Source of the DNA: a virus
Strand: one strand, 5' to 3'
IMG/VR virus record: IMGVR_UViG_3300025010_000007
Span: 16,470 to 80,469 of that record
Length of the DNA stretch: 64,000 nt
The notes beneath the pieces are model-generated. The model worked only from the letters and a program-made list of their open reading frames with translations, made no database searches and was not told where the DNA came from. Both the position numbers and the translations under genes were made by a program. Of this stretch, positions 29,717-38,155 are shown one piece after another; within the stretch, counting starts at the first letter, position 1; the number at the start of each line of letters is the position of its first letter.

Positions 29717-29735
29717 AAAAGAGCCCGAAGGCTCT
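29717..29735 (-). terminator. Rho-independent terminator
   Basis: AGAGCC-TTCG-GGCTCT-TTT on the minus strand. Confidence 0.75.
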
Positions 29736-30347
29736 CTAATCTCTTGGTTGTTCTAACATTATATTTTTAATAATTGGCATTAAATCATAGTTAAAATTAT
29801 AGTGTTTTATTTGTTTTTTCTCATATGACTTATATCGCAATACAAAAGTTACATTTGATTCTTTTAGATGTGACTTAATATCAGGTATTTTATCTTGATA
29901 CTGAAAACCTTCTCCATAACCGTCTATCTCCAATTTTATTCCAAGTGATTTAACTATTTGTTGATATGGAGATAGTGGACATAAGCCAGTTGGATCTGAT
30001 ATTTCTAATTGTCGATATATTTCACCCCTAATAACTCCTTTGTGTTCTAATTTACATTTAATTTCTCCTAAGGCTATAGCATTTGCACCAATATTCCTTA
30101 TTAGTACAGGTATGCCGATAAGAAAGTGTACAGGAGTATTACAGTATCGACCACCAACCGCTTCAGTGTATTCTTTTGGGCTCATATAAAGATGTATTTC
30201 AGGTTTACCCTTTTTAAACCTTGTAAAATACAGTGCCATGCCAGAAAAAACCAATGATATAAACGATAGAACTACTGATATAGATGCTGGCAAATAATCT
30301 ATCCAAGTCTTGTGACTCGAATAAAAATTAAACACAAAAGGGAACAT
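29736..30347 (-). CDS. Moron, N-terminal TM-anchored protein
   Basis: AT-rich; single TM; SigH-like promoter at 30388-30414. Confidence 0.7.
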   Translation of the reverse strand: MFPFVFNFYSSHKTWIDYLPASISVVLSFISLVFSGMALYFTRFKKGKPEIHLYMSPKEYTEAVGGRYCNTPVHFLIGIPVLIRNIGANAIALGEIKCKLEHKGVIRGEIYRQLEISDPTGLCPLSPYQQIVKSLGIKLEIDGYGEGFQYQDKIPDIKSHLKESNVTFVLRYKSYEKKQIKHYNFNYDLMPIIKNIMLEQPRD

Positions 30348-30425
30348 TAATAAACACTCCTAAAACACAATCTCTCCAACTACTGATATTCGACATAAGG
30401 GGATGTTTTCCTCTATAACCAATAT

Positions 30426-30445
30426 AAAAAGAGCCCGGAGGCTCT
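30426..30445 (-). terminator. Rho-independent terminator
   Basis: AGAGCC-TCCG-GGCTCT-TTTT; one base different from the 29717 terminator. Confidence 0.75.
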
Positions 30446-31061
30446 AATTATGCATTTCAGCTAACTGATGTATTTTTCTAAATAAGTTTTTATAGCTATG
30501 TTCCATTCCATCGATAAGTACTTCATAGATCATAACTCTATAATCTGTAAGTTTTGCAATATTAAAATATTTCCCCCCAAACAACTCAAGGCCAAGAATA
30601 TCAGCACTAAATTCGCACTTATCGTATGAATCTTTCATATAATCAACCGTACTAATATCATGCTTAATCCTATCCATAAGTCCATATAACTTATTTATTA
30701 AGACTAGTTCATCGAAAGTTAAATTCTCACTTAAGTTTGCTATATGCATTGAAAAACCGCCACATATTGAGATGTTCTCCGGTGCTCTTCCTACATTCGG
30801 CTTTTCATTTTGATTTCTTATCCTAATTATTTCCCTTACTGCAGTAAATGTATCAATAATAATTATCCTTGCGCTAGTTCTCACACTTTTATCTTGCTCT
30901 TCTTTTTCTTTTTCTTTTTGCTCATTAATTACTTCTTTATGGGCATTAATGCTATCTTTAGCTGCTCTTTTACTACCCCAATAACTCGCCAACCCACTCG
31001 CCAACCCACCAATTACTGAGCCTGCAAGACCTACTAATCCTGCTAACAATGTCGTTTCAAT
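30444..31061 (-). CDS. Moron, Gly-rich TM-anchored protein
   Basis: GLVGLAGSVIGG anchor; GGAGGTG RBS places the start at ATT 31061 (TTG 31049 alternative). Confidence 0.7.
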   Translation of the reverse strand: METTLLAGLVGLAGSVIGGLASGLASYWGSKRAAKDSINAHKEVINEQKEKEKEEQDKSVRTSARIIIIDTFTAVREIIRIRNQNEKPNVGRAPENISICGGFSMHIANLSENLTFDELVLINKLYGLMDRIKHDISTVDYMKDSYDKCEFSADILGLELFGGKYFNIAKLTDYRVMIYEVLIDGMEHSYKNLFRKIHQLAEMHN

Positions 31062-31338
31062 GTGAAATCACCTCCCAATTGTTTACTTCGGCAAGGTTAA
31101 GGATTTTTCCTGTTTTTTAACCATCTGTAGTTAAACCTTACTTTGGGCCGCATCTGGTTTGTTTCATAAGTGGCAACCATACGCGCCATAAAGTCTTTGG
31201 CTGTCAGGCCTGATTGCTCAATGAGCGCTGCCAGGCCCAACATATAGAATTTGTCCATTTATAAACCGTCCCGCGGTCAATATTTAATTCTTGTGCTATA
31301 TCATACTGACATAAGAACAAAAGAAGCCTCGCGGCCTC

Positions 31339-31506
31339 TCATTTCTTTTTATATTTATTTCTAAACTCTTCCAACATCTTCTCTTTCTCTGACTTTATAT
31401 CCTTATACCAGTTCGGAATAAGTTCCCACTTACCACCAACACATTTGAAATCATTGGGGTTAACCGGGCTCACTTTCAAGGGGTCTGCGCCAACCACTTT
31501 CCGCAT
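31339..31506 (-). CDS. Small hypothetical protein (55 aa)
   Basis: ATG abuts the upstream stop; MRKVVGADPLK...KKK. Confidence 0.5.
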   Translation of the reverse strand: MRKVVGADPLKVSPVNPNDFKCVGGKWELIPNWYKDIKSEKEKMLEEFRNKYKKK

Positions 31507-31968
31507 CTAAATTACCCCCTTATATATATGTTGCGATCGTATGACAAGCCCGATCTTTTTTTCTGCCCTAATAACAAATCTCTGTACACTGCCTTTTGTG
31601 CAGCCCATTAACTTCCCGGCCTGCGCGAATGAATAGCCTCTACCCCGAACCAAATCAAACGCATACCGTTCCCGCTCGGTCAGGTTTTTCATTAAACTAT
31701 CCAACAAATCTAGTACATGTTCGGGGGCAGATTCTGTAGATGTTCTGTTAGTGATGAACTGCGACAATTCAGTAGGATCAACTGATATTTCGCGCCTGTC
31801 TTTAGGCAGTCGCCCAACCTGCCAAGTGGTTCCTGGTATGCGCCCGGTCTCCATAATCTCAATCGCAAAGCTGGCGTCAGAGATCATGTTGCTGCTCTCC
31901 ACTGGTACCACTTTAGCTGTACGTAAGTTTTTTATTGACTGCTTGTATTCCTGGATCAGACTCTGCAT
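31507..31968 (-). CDS. Sigma-70 region 4 late transcription activator (PBSX Xpf-like)
   Basis: LIQEYKQS...MISDASFAIEIMETGRIPG...LTERER...GYSFAQAGKLMG; located just before the packaging genes. Confidence 0.8.
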   Translation of the reverse strand: MQSLIQEYKQSIKNLRTAKVVPVESSNMISDASFAIEIMETGRIPGTTWQVGRLPKDRREISVDPTELSQFITNRTSTESAPEHVLDLLDSLMKNLTERERYAFDLVRGRGYSFAQAGKLMGCTKGSVQRFVIRAEKKIGLVIRSQHIYKGVI

Positions 31969-31995
31969 CAAATCCACCCCCAAAAAAATATGTAT

Positions 31996-32016
31996 TAGCC
32001 AGGCGTTAACCTGGCT
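31996..32016 (-). terminator. Hairpin upstream of the late activator
   Basis: AGCCAGG-cgttaa-CCTGGCT inverted repeat. Confidence 0.45.
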
Positions 32017-32055
32017 TGTATTGCTTATTTAACTAACAATATCTCGCATTGCCTT

Positions 32056-32301
32056 TCAAGAAGGCGACTGACACCAAATTTCACGACGCCTGTCTTCGGG
32101 CAATAGCTCCATATTTATAGAAACATATTCACTTCCCAGCTCAATAAATCTTTCATAGTCCGATGTGGCTTCTTTGCTTTTCGCATCTTTTCCGTCACAC
32201 ATTTTAGAAAATGCTTTGCAGTGATTACTTTGCACATATCCGTACTTTTGGAGTATTTTATTTTGCTCCTGCACTATCTGCTCTTTCCTGCTTTGAGACA
32301 A
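32056..32301 (-). CDS. Hypothetical protein
   Basis: Coupled ORF in the early operon. Confidence 0.55.
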   Translation of the reverse strand: MSQSRKEQIVQEQNKILQKYGYVQSNHCKAFSKMCDGKDAKSKEATSDYERFIELGSEYVSINMELLPEDRRREIWCQSPS

Positions 32302-32483
32302 TGCAATCCACCTCTGCCCAATAAATTCTCAGCATACCTAAACTGCTGCTTTATAAAATCGTCTTCCGCACTGCCACCGCTGGCCAGCCAGTCCGTGATA
32401 CGTTTTTCGATATCGCGTACTGCTGCGGTCGGCAGGTGTTTTAGGTTTTCGTGAAGTTCGGAAATGCTGGTTATTTTGGTCAT
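32274..32483 (-). CDS. Conserved small phage protein
   Basis: DIEKRITDWLASGG...QQFRYA; coupled. Confidence 0.65.
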   Translation of the reverse strand: MTKITSISELHENLKHLPTAAVRDIEKRITDWLASGGSAEDDFIKQQFRYAENLLGRGGLHCLKAGKSR

Positions 32484-32725
32484 TCTTTTTCTTCCTCAAT
32501 GTAGAAATCATCTAAATGACTTTCCTGCACATTTCCTTGTTCTGGTTCATATACCATATGCCATTGTATTTCATTTATTTCGCACACTGGTTTCTCGTCA
32601 TCATCAGCGAGACTCAAAGGCATATTAGCATTGAATAACTTTTCCTCTGCCTCTTCCTTGCTGTTAGCTTCGATGCAGAAGTTAATTCTAGCAACTACGC
32701 TTACTGCCCCGTAAAACTCTTTCAT
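32480..32725 (-). CDS. Acidic hypothetical protein
   Basis: IEANSKEEAEEK motif; coupled. Confidence 0.65.
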   Translation of the reverse strand: MKEFYGAVSVVARINFCIEANSKEEAEEKLFNANMPLSLADDDEKPVCEINEIQWHMVYEPEQGNVQESHLDDFYIEEEKE

Positions 32726-32994
32726 TACCTACACCTCCGATTCCTCACCCTGGACGCCTTAGCAAGTTTGCGCCTGCGCCGCTTAAGCCTTACGATAACA
32801 CGCTTATTGTTGCGCTTGGCCTGTAACTGTGACTTAAGCTTGTCCTTACTGCGCTTAATTGGCTTAACTTTCCGCTCTGTCCTGATACCACCCAAAAAGC
32901 TCTGCTCTCCTACAACGGGCATTGCTCCAAGCAGCCTTGCTCCAAGTGAAGTTAGATGCCCAAATCCACCATAACCGAATCTACCTATCATCAA
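32725..32994 (-). CDS. Basic hypothetical protein
   Basis: RBS GGAGGCG; Arg/Lys-rich tail. Confidence 0.6.
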   Translation of the reverse strand: MMIGRFGYGGFGHLTSLGARLLGAMPVVGEQSFLGGIRTERKVKPIKRSKDKLKSQLQAKRNNKRVIVRLKRRRRKLAKASRVRNRRCR

Positions 32995-33040
32995 TCACGC
33001 CTCCCTTTTCCTCTCGCCTGACCAAAGCCTGCTCCTTAGC

Positions 33041-33355
33041 CTATGCGTAATTAATCTTACATCCGCATGTCGGGCAATGTGATGCGCGGTGGTTTTCTGC
33101 GCTTACCGTAATAAATTTCTTGCCACATGCCCCGCATTTATATGTTTCTAGCACCTTGTCTGTACTGATTAAAAATGTTTTAGCTATTTCTCCCGAAGAC
33201 TTATGTTTAGTAAAACGGTCAAAACGTTCGTTAAATATTTCAGTTCGGTAGTTTTCTAATATTTCTGCCGGAGACTTTGGGTTATGAGTGCATGTCCAGC
33301 AAGGATTTCCGTAGTAAGTGCTTAATATCGTACACTTGTCGCAAGGATGCTTCAT
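33041..33355 (-). CDS. Cys-rich zinc-ribbon protein
   Basis: Four CxxC pairs. Confidence 0.65.
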   Translation of the reverse strand: MKHPCDKCTILSTYYGNPCWTCTHNPKSPAEILENYRTEIFNERFDRFTKHKSSGEIAKTFLISTDKVLETYKCGACGKKFITVSAENHRASHCPTCGCKINYA

Positions 33356-33635
33356 GCCGTTTTCTCAACCTCCCTCTTGCCACCCCGCAAAATTATCGTC
33401 CTAACAGACAACACCCCTTGCTCAATCCTCAAAGCTGCAATATATCCACCACCCAAATGAAGCAGGGCCGTACCATTGCGCGAAAACTTTAGTCCTCCAG
33501 CGGATCTAATCGTGTCGTTAACCAGGTTAACCACCTTGTTGAGCAGCTTCTTGCGGTTCCTGTACCCCCCCGCTCACGGTAACGATTGTAGGCATGATTT
33601 GTAAGTTCTACTTTATACTCACGATATCCGTACAC
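33352..33635 (-). pseudogene. HAxxRYxER-motif protein split at a G7 tract
   Basis: GTG at 33635 gives MYGYREYKVELTNHAYNRYRERGG. One extra G at 33565-33571 joins it to YRNRKKLLNKVVNLVND...VRTIIL. Confidence 0.6.
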
Positions 33636-33660
33636 CCCGCCCCCTCCTTCGGTATCCATT

Positions 33661-34065
33661 CTAGCCCTTAGTAAGGGCCATTGCGGCAAATGTTCCGGCA
33701 TATTTTGTACGCATAAATCCTAGTTCCTTAAGCACCTTCATATAGGCAGTGAGGTGCATTTTTATAGTTTCATGAATTTTATTACCATCTTTTAGTTTTG
33801 CGAGTGCCTTTTCAAAATGCGGAAAATAAGTTTCGTCAAACTCGGAATCGTCGTTCATAAATATCCGAATAATAAGGACATCTTCGTCCGTTCCGTTCTC
33901 ATAAACAGGCTTTAGTTGCTCATTTATGTCCTTCATGGAAAACATATTGTATTCTGGATTGTACCGCTTAACTATATCGTCGACGTAAAATCCACAGCAA
34001 AGACCGTGTGTTGCTTGGCCGATTTTTTTTCCGTTTTTATCGAGTATGTTAATGCAATTACCCAT
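33661..34065 (-). CDS. Hypothetical protein
   Basis: ATG overlaps the rusA stop. Confidence 0.65.
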   Translation of the reverse strand: MGNCINILDKNGKKIGQATHGLCCGFYVDDIVKRYNPEYNMFSMKDINEQLKPVYENGTDEDVLIIRIFMNDDSEFDETYFPHFEKALAKLKDGNKIHETIKMHLTAYMKVLKELGFMRTKYAGTFAAMALTKG

Positions 34066-34415
34066 TATCCAACCTCCCAAACCTCAACCTCTGCCCTCTC
34101 CTGGTGTTTCTTACAGTTATGCCGCCAGACATGGGCCTCAACGATCTGTCGATCATCAACATAAGCAATCCCGTTCAATCCATCACATATGGCTTTACTG
34201 ATATTGTCCCAGTCTCCCGGATGTCCGGATACGTAAAGCTTTATCCTAATACCTACGTTTCCCGTAATCATCTTTACCTTAGCCTCTTTAGCCTTCCATC
34301 CAACAGCTAATTTATAGTCAAGATATCTCTGAGCAGAGGGCTTCCATTTGTCCTTCTGCGTCATTCTAACGGCAGGTACTGGCCTTCCTGTTACGGTAAA
34401 ACTAATTACTGTCAT
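34065..34415 (-). CDS. rusA: RusA Holliday junction resolvase
   Basis: GRPVPAVR, GDWDNISKAICDGL, DDRQI; start MTVISF. Confidence 0.9.
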   Translation of the reverse strand: MTVISFTVTGRPVPAVRMTQKDKWKPSAQRYLDYKLAVGWKAKEAKVKMITGNVGIRIKLYVSGHPGDWDNISKAICDGLNGIAYVDDRQIVEAHVWRHNCKKHQERAEVEVWEVG

Positions 34416-34528
34416 AATACGACTCCACCGCCTCCCGCCAATCCTCCGGCCAATCGCCACAATGCACACAATGTTCACAGTCATCCCGGCAGCCAGTATG
34501 ATGCAACCAGCAGCCGGGTTCTCCTGAG

Positions 34529-34714
34529 CTAAGCACTTTTCAACCAGCGCGCCATGCCCTTCAAAATCAGATCCAGAGCCACATCCACAAACTGGCACTT
34601 CAAGTGATCCAGTGCCTTGACCTTGGTCATTTTATTCATGCTCTCATGGTTCTTCTGGCAAAATTCCCTGACTTCCTCAACCTGCTGTTCTTCCTGCTCA
34701 GTCCTCTTAGCCAT
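34529..34714 (-). CDS. Hypothetical protein
   Basis: Coupled to the parB stop. Confidence 0.55.
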   Translation of the reverse strand: MAKRTEQEEQQVEEVREFCQKNHESMNKMTKVKALDHLKCQFVDVALDLILKGMARWLKSA

Positions 34715-37158
34715 TACATGTACCCCCCCCCTATGCCAACTATCTGACTATTAACCTGTGCCAACAATCTCCTGTCCTTCTCCTGCTGAATCCTGAACTT
34801 TCCGTTTTCCCGGCAATCCCGGAACAGTACCATGTCTAACTCCTTTTCGCTCGCTGCGCGAAGTTGAAATCTATACTCATCACTGTCCAAAGGAAATTGC
34901 AGTAACTTATCGACAGTGGACATCATTTCACATCCATTGGGTGCTTGTCCTCTAAATCCGGGTAGATATATGCCATTGCCTTGGTTTTCTTGCTGCCCTG
35001 GCACTTCCTCCCCAACCCTCTTCCAGCCCCTCTTTGTCGCATATTCCACAAGGTTCCTCTCAGCCTCTTCCCTGGTCGGGACGTACGGCATCGACGTTGA
35101 TTTCATGCAGGTAGGCGCATCTTCTCCGTCCTTTTGGTAGAACGTTCTGTACCCGATTATCCTGCCGCGAGAATTGTAAGTAATAAACAGTATCCGTCCC
35201 GTATCGTCTATGTGGTGGCAGGTCTCTCCGAAAGGATTAAATAGCTCCTGTTTCTGCCCCAAAACTGAAGGTTCCTGTTGCGGTTTTTCCTTCTCCGCCA
35301 AAGCTGGGGCTGAAAAACCTCTACAGGCGTGAAACAGCTTGCTATTTTCCTCGAAACCATGCCAGTTCGTTGCTTTAATACTAAAGTCAGCGTTGATGCA
35401 CCGGTCCCGTAAAAATCCATTAGTCCCTGCTGGAGACTTAAATATGCAACCATCCGGGCAGTTGTCGTGAGTGTTATGAGTGCTTTTGTGGTTAAATTCG
35501 GGATTTTCTTTTAAAGGCAAAACATTGGATTCTGATACTGCAGTTTCAAAAACTCCCCGGCAGTTCTTCCACTTTTCTTCCGGATCCTCAGTGTAACTGT
35601 CGTTAAATAATTCTGGATTACTGCACCGGTAATGTTCTCTCTCCAAGTGCATCACTTTAACTTTATATTTACATTTATCAGGGCAGTCGAAGTGTGTATT
35701 CATTGTATTTTGCATGGTATATTCACTGTCCACTTCGACTACTACCGGTACCGGCTTATTGTGTTTACACTCGCCGTTTGAACACATCTTAAACGGCTGT
35801 CCCTCATTCATCACTGTAACGACGTGTTCACAGTTCACCTGGCATTTTGCCGTATACAGGAATGTGTTTTCCATGGTGTAAACTGGTTCCTGCTCCTGCA
35901 TCTTAAGTTCCCAGCACTCAGGCTCGGTGCAGCGGAGTGTATGCGTCTCTCCGTCATTCGGGTCAATCAGATATGACTGGCCAATACTGCAGTCGCTGCA
36001 GTCAGCATGATCTGGCAGCGGCCTTGATTCTTCCCAATCCTCTTGTCTACTGGCTTGCAGATCAGCAGCTAATAAATCCCTGCGTTTTTTAGCCTCTGCC
36101 AGGAGTATTAGTAGATATTCCTTATCAACTTCAGTGCTGATGTGGCTGCCAAGCTGCTCTTCTGTCAAACCTTCCGCTACCTGCCTGAGAGTCTCCTTCT
36201 GCTCCTCGGATAGTGACTCTTGTTCCATATCGCCCAGCAACATCACATCATTCCACACGCACCCAATGCCTATCTGTTCCCTATGCATTGCAAGTTTTTT
36301 ATACTCGCAAACTTCACATTTAAGTGTAATTTCTTGTTCCTGCACTCCTGCTGCCACTAAAGCCAATCTGCGGGCCTGTTCTGCTGTGACAGTATCTATT
36401 GCTGCAGCTATCTCCTGAGAGGATTTTAGTCCTTCCCTTTCCGCCTCACGCTCTGCTCTCAGCCTCTGCCGTTCTTCCTCTTGTCGTGCCAGTTCTTCCT
36501 CCAGTAGCCTTTTTCGCTCGTTTTCAGCAGCTATCTCCTTGGCCACTTCCTCGCTCTGAACAGCTATTTCTCTGGCTATCTCCCTGACTGGTAGCCCCTT
36601 AACAACACTTTCAGCCACACGCTCCATAATTTCTTGACCAAACATTAACTTTTTGGCGGCCAAAAGTTCTTTGGCGTGACCGGGCCCAATTATTCCACGT
36701 GAAATATTTTCCCTCACACTCTCCGGCAGCTCTAACAATCGCAACCGGTTTGCTATATGACTTTGGCTCTTACCCAGTCGCTCGGCTAACTCCTCCTGCT
36801 TCAGTCCGGCATCCAGGAGCAACCGGAACCCCTGCGCCTCTTCGATGGGGTTTACGTCCTTGCGCTGCAGGTTCTCGACAACCATAATTTCAAGCTCCTG
36901 CACTTCATCCAGGCCGTATCGGATAATTGCAGGTATTGCAGACAGCCCTACTTCCCGTGCGGCTCTCCAACGACGTTCCCCTGCTATCAGGCGGTATGTT
37001 CTTGGGGTTATTTCAGCCTCAACTACCACTACCGGCTGCAGTATTCCGACACTACGAATACTGGCGGCAAGCTCGGTCAAAGAGTTGTCATCAAAGATTT
37101 TTCTCGGATTCTGCGGATTCGGAATTATCATGTCAAGCGGTATGTTCATCATGCTCAT
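34714..37158 (-). CDS. parB: ParB/Spo0J family protein with long Cys-rich C-terminal extension
   Basis: PNPQNPRK, GILQP, LIAGERRWRAA, VENLQRKD, HTH QEELAERLGKSQSHIANRLRLL; 814 aa. Confidence 0.9.
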   Translation of the reverse strand: MSMMNIPLDMIIPNPQNPRKIFDDNSLTELAASIRSVGILQPVVVVEAEITPRTYRLIAGERRWRAAREVGLSAIPAIIRYGLDEVQELEIMVVENLQRKDVNPIEEAQGFRLLLDAGLKQEELAERLGKSQSHIANRLRLLELPESVRENISRGIIGPGHAKELLAAKKLMFGQEIMERVAESVVKGLPVREIAREIAVQSEEVAKEIAAENERKRLLEEELARQEEERQRLRAEREAEREGLKSSQEIAAAIDTVTAEQARRLALVAAGVQEQEITLKCEVCEYKKLAMHREQIGIGCVWNDVMLLGDMEQESLSEEQKETLRQVAEGLTEEQLGSHISTEVDKEYLLILLAEAKKRRDLLAADLQASRQEDWEESRPLPDHADCSDCSIGQSYLIDPNDGETHTLRCTEPECWELKMQEQEPVYTMENTFLYTAKCQVNCEHVVTVMNEGQPFKMCSNGECKHNKPVPVVVEVDSEYTMQNTMNTHFDCPDKCKYKVKVMHLEREHYRCSNPELFNDSYTEDPEEKWKNCRGVFETAVSESNVLPLKENPEFNHKSTHNTHDNCPDGCIFKSPAGTNGFLRDRCINADFSIKATNWHGFEENSKLFHACRGFSAPALAEKEKPQQEPSVLGQKQELFNPFGETCHHIDDTGRILFITYNSRGRIIGYRTFYQKDGEDAPTCMKSTSMPYVPTREEAERNLVEYATKRGWKRVGEEVPGQQENQGNGIYLPGFRGQAPNGCEMMSTVDKLLQFPLDSDEYRFQLRAASEKELDMVLFRDCRENGKFRIQQEKDRRLLAQVNSQIVGIGGGYM
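36691..36706. promoter_or_regulatory. parS-like palindrome 3, inside parB
   Basis: TATTCCACGTGAAATA just downstream of the HTH-coding sequence. Confidence 0.65.
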
Positions 37159-37216
37159 ATTCTCACCCCGTTCTGTTTATGTGGCCGGATCGGCTCCGGT
37201 CGGCTATGTATTTTGT

Positions 37217-37468
37217 CTAATAAGCGTATTCATAACACCCAAGGGCATCCCGCAAACCAGTTTTCCTTTCTGAAACTTTTTTCTGCTTTGTCTTCCTGGT
37301 TTTATAATTCCTTGGGCGGCATTTTCCGTTGTTTAGCCGCCAAGCCTTTATACTGCCTTCGCTCCGGTCCGTATATCCTGCCTCAATAAACTGTCTGTGC
37401 AGCTCCTTGGAAGGCAAATTCTGACTGGCTATGCGTTTTTCTTCGTCAGAATAGTGTTTACCCATCAA
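37217..37468 (-). CDS. Small Myb/SANT-like DNA-binding protein
   Basis: YSDEEK...RSEGSIKAW pattern. Confidence 0.5.
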   Translation of the reverse strand: MMGKHYSDEEKRIASQNLPSKELHRQFIEAGYTDRSEGSIKAWRLNNGKCRPRNYKTRKTKQKKVSERKTGLRDALGCYEYAY

Positions 37469-37701
37469 ACAGCCCTCCTGACTTGGTCGACCAACCTAAC
37501 AACGTCTCCATATTTCTCAATTCCGTACCTAGCCAATTCAAGAAATACGTAATATGCGCTTCGATGTTTAGGCGTGGCCCGACCGGACATTTTTTTCTTG
37601 ACGATATCCTCAATTTTTAGGCTAACCTTGCCGGGATCCACTGTCCCGGCCTCGTGAATTGCCTGAATAACCAAATCTAAGGCGCTAACCTTAGCCATCA
37701 A
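37465..37701 (-). CDS. Hypothetical protein
   Basis: Coupled ORF. Confidence 0.55.
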   Translation of the reverse strand: MMAKVSALDLVIQAIHEAGTVDPGKVSLKIEDIVKKKMSGRATPKHRSAYYVFLELARYGIEKYGDVVRLVDQVRRAV

Positions 37702-38131
37702 TGCTCACCTTCTTTCGTGTGAGATATAGTTGGAGTTTGGCCAAAAATCCTACGGGTGCAGATTCAAGTTTATCCAGTCTGGCAGTATGGCTATTGATTA
37801 TGTCCTTTTTGAATCCATTATTTTCCTGCATTATTTCGAGGACGCGCTCAATAAGTTCTATGTCCTCGGTTAGTTTACCGACAAGAACAGTAAGATTGGG
37901 AAGTTGTTCCAGGTTTACAAGCCGCATACTATGCCCTGATATATTTTCCTCATGAAACCTGCTGATTTTCTTGAGTTTTATAATCTCTTGCTTTAAAGAG
38001 ACATTTTCATCAACCAAAGAACTAATTTTTTGATACAATTGAGCGGACCATTTAGAGTTTACTAAAGCCAAATCTGTGGCCGCTTTAACTTTCCGCTCTA
38101 AACGTTGGATGCGTGTTTTTCGCTGTTTCAT
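37691..38131 (-). CDS. Coiled-coil hypothetical protein
   Basis: AGGAGG RBS; heptad pattern. Confidence 0.6.
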   Translation of the reverse strand: MKQRKTRIQRLERKVKAATDLALVNSKWSAQLYQKISSLVDENVSLKQEIIKLKKISRFHEENISGHSMRLVNLEQLPNLTVLVGKLTEDIELIERVLEIMQENNGFKKDIINSHTARLDKLESAPVGFLAKLQLYLTRKKVSIDG

Positions 38132-38155
38132 ATCGCTTTAGCCTCCTGCCCATAT

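Noticed and set aside
34416-34598. N-terminal extension of RusA in the ORF track
   Set aside because: Overlaps another gene; the RusA fold begins at MTVISF (34415).
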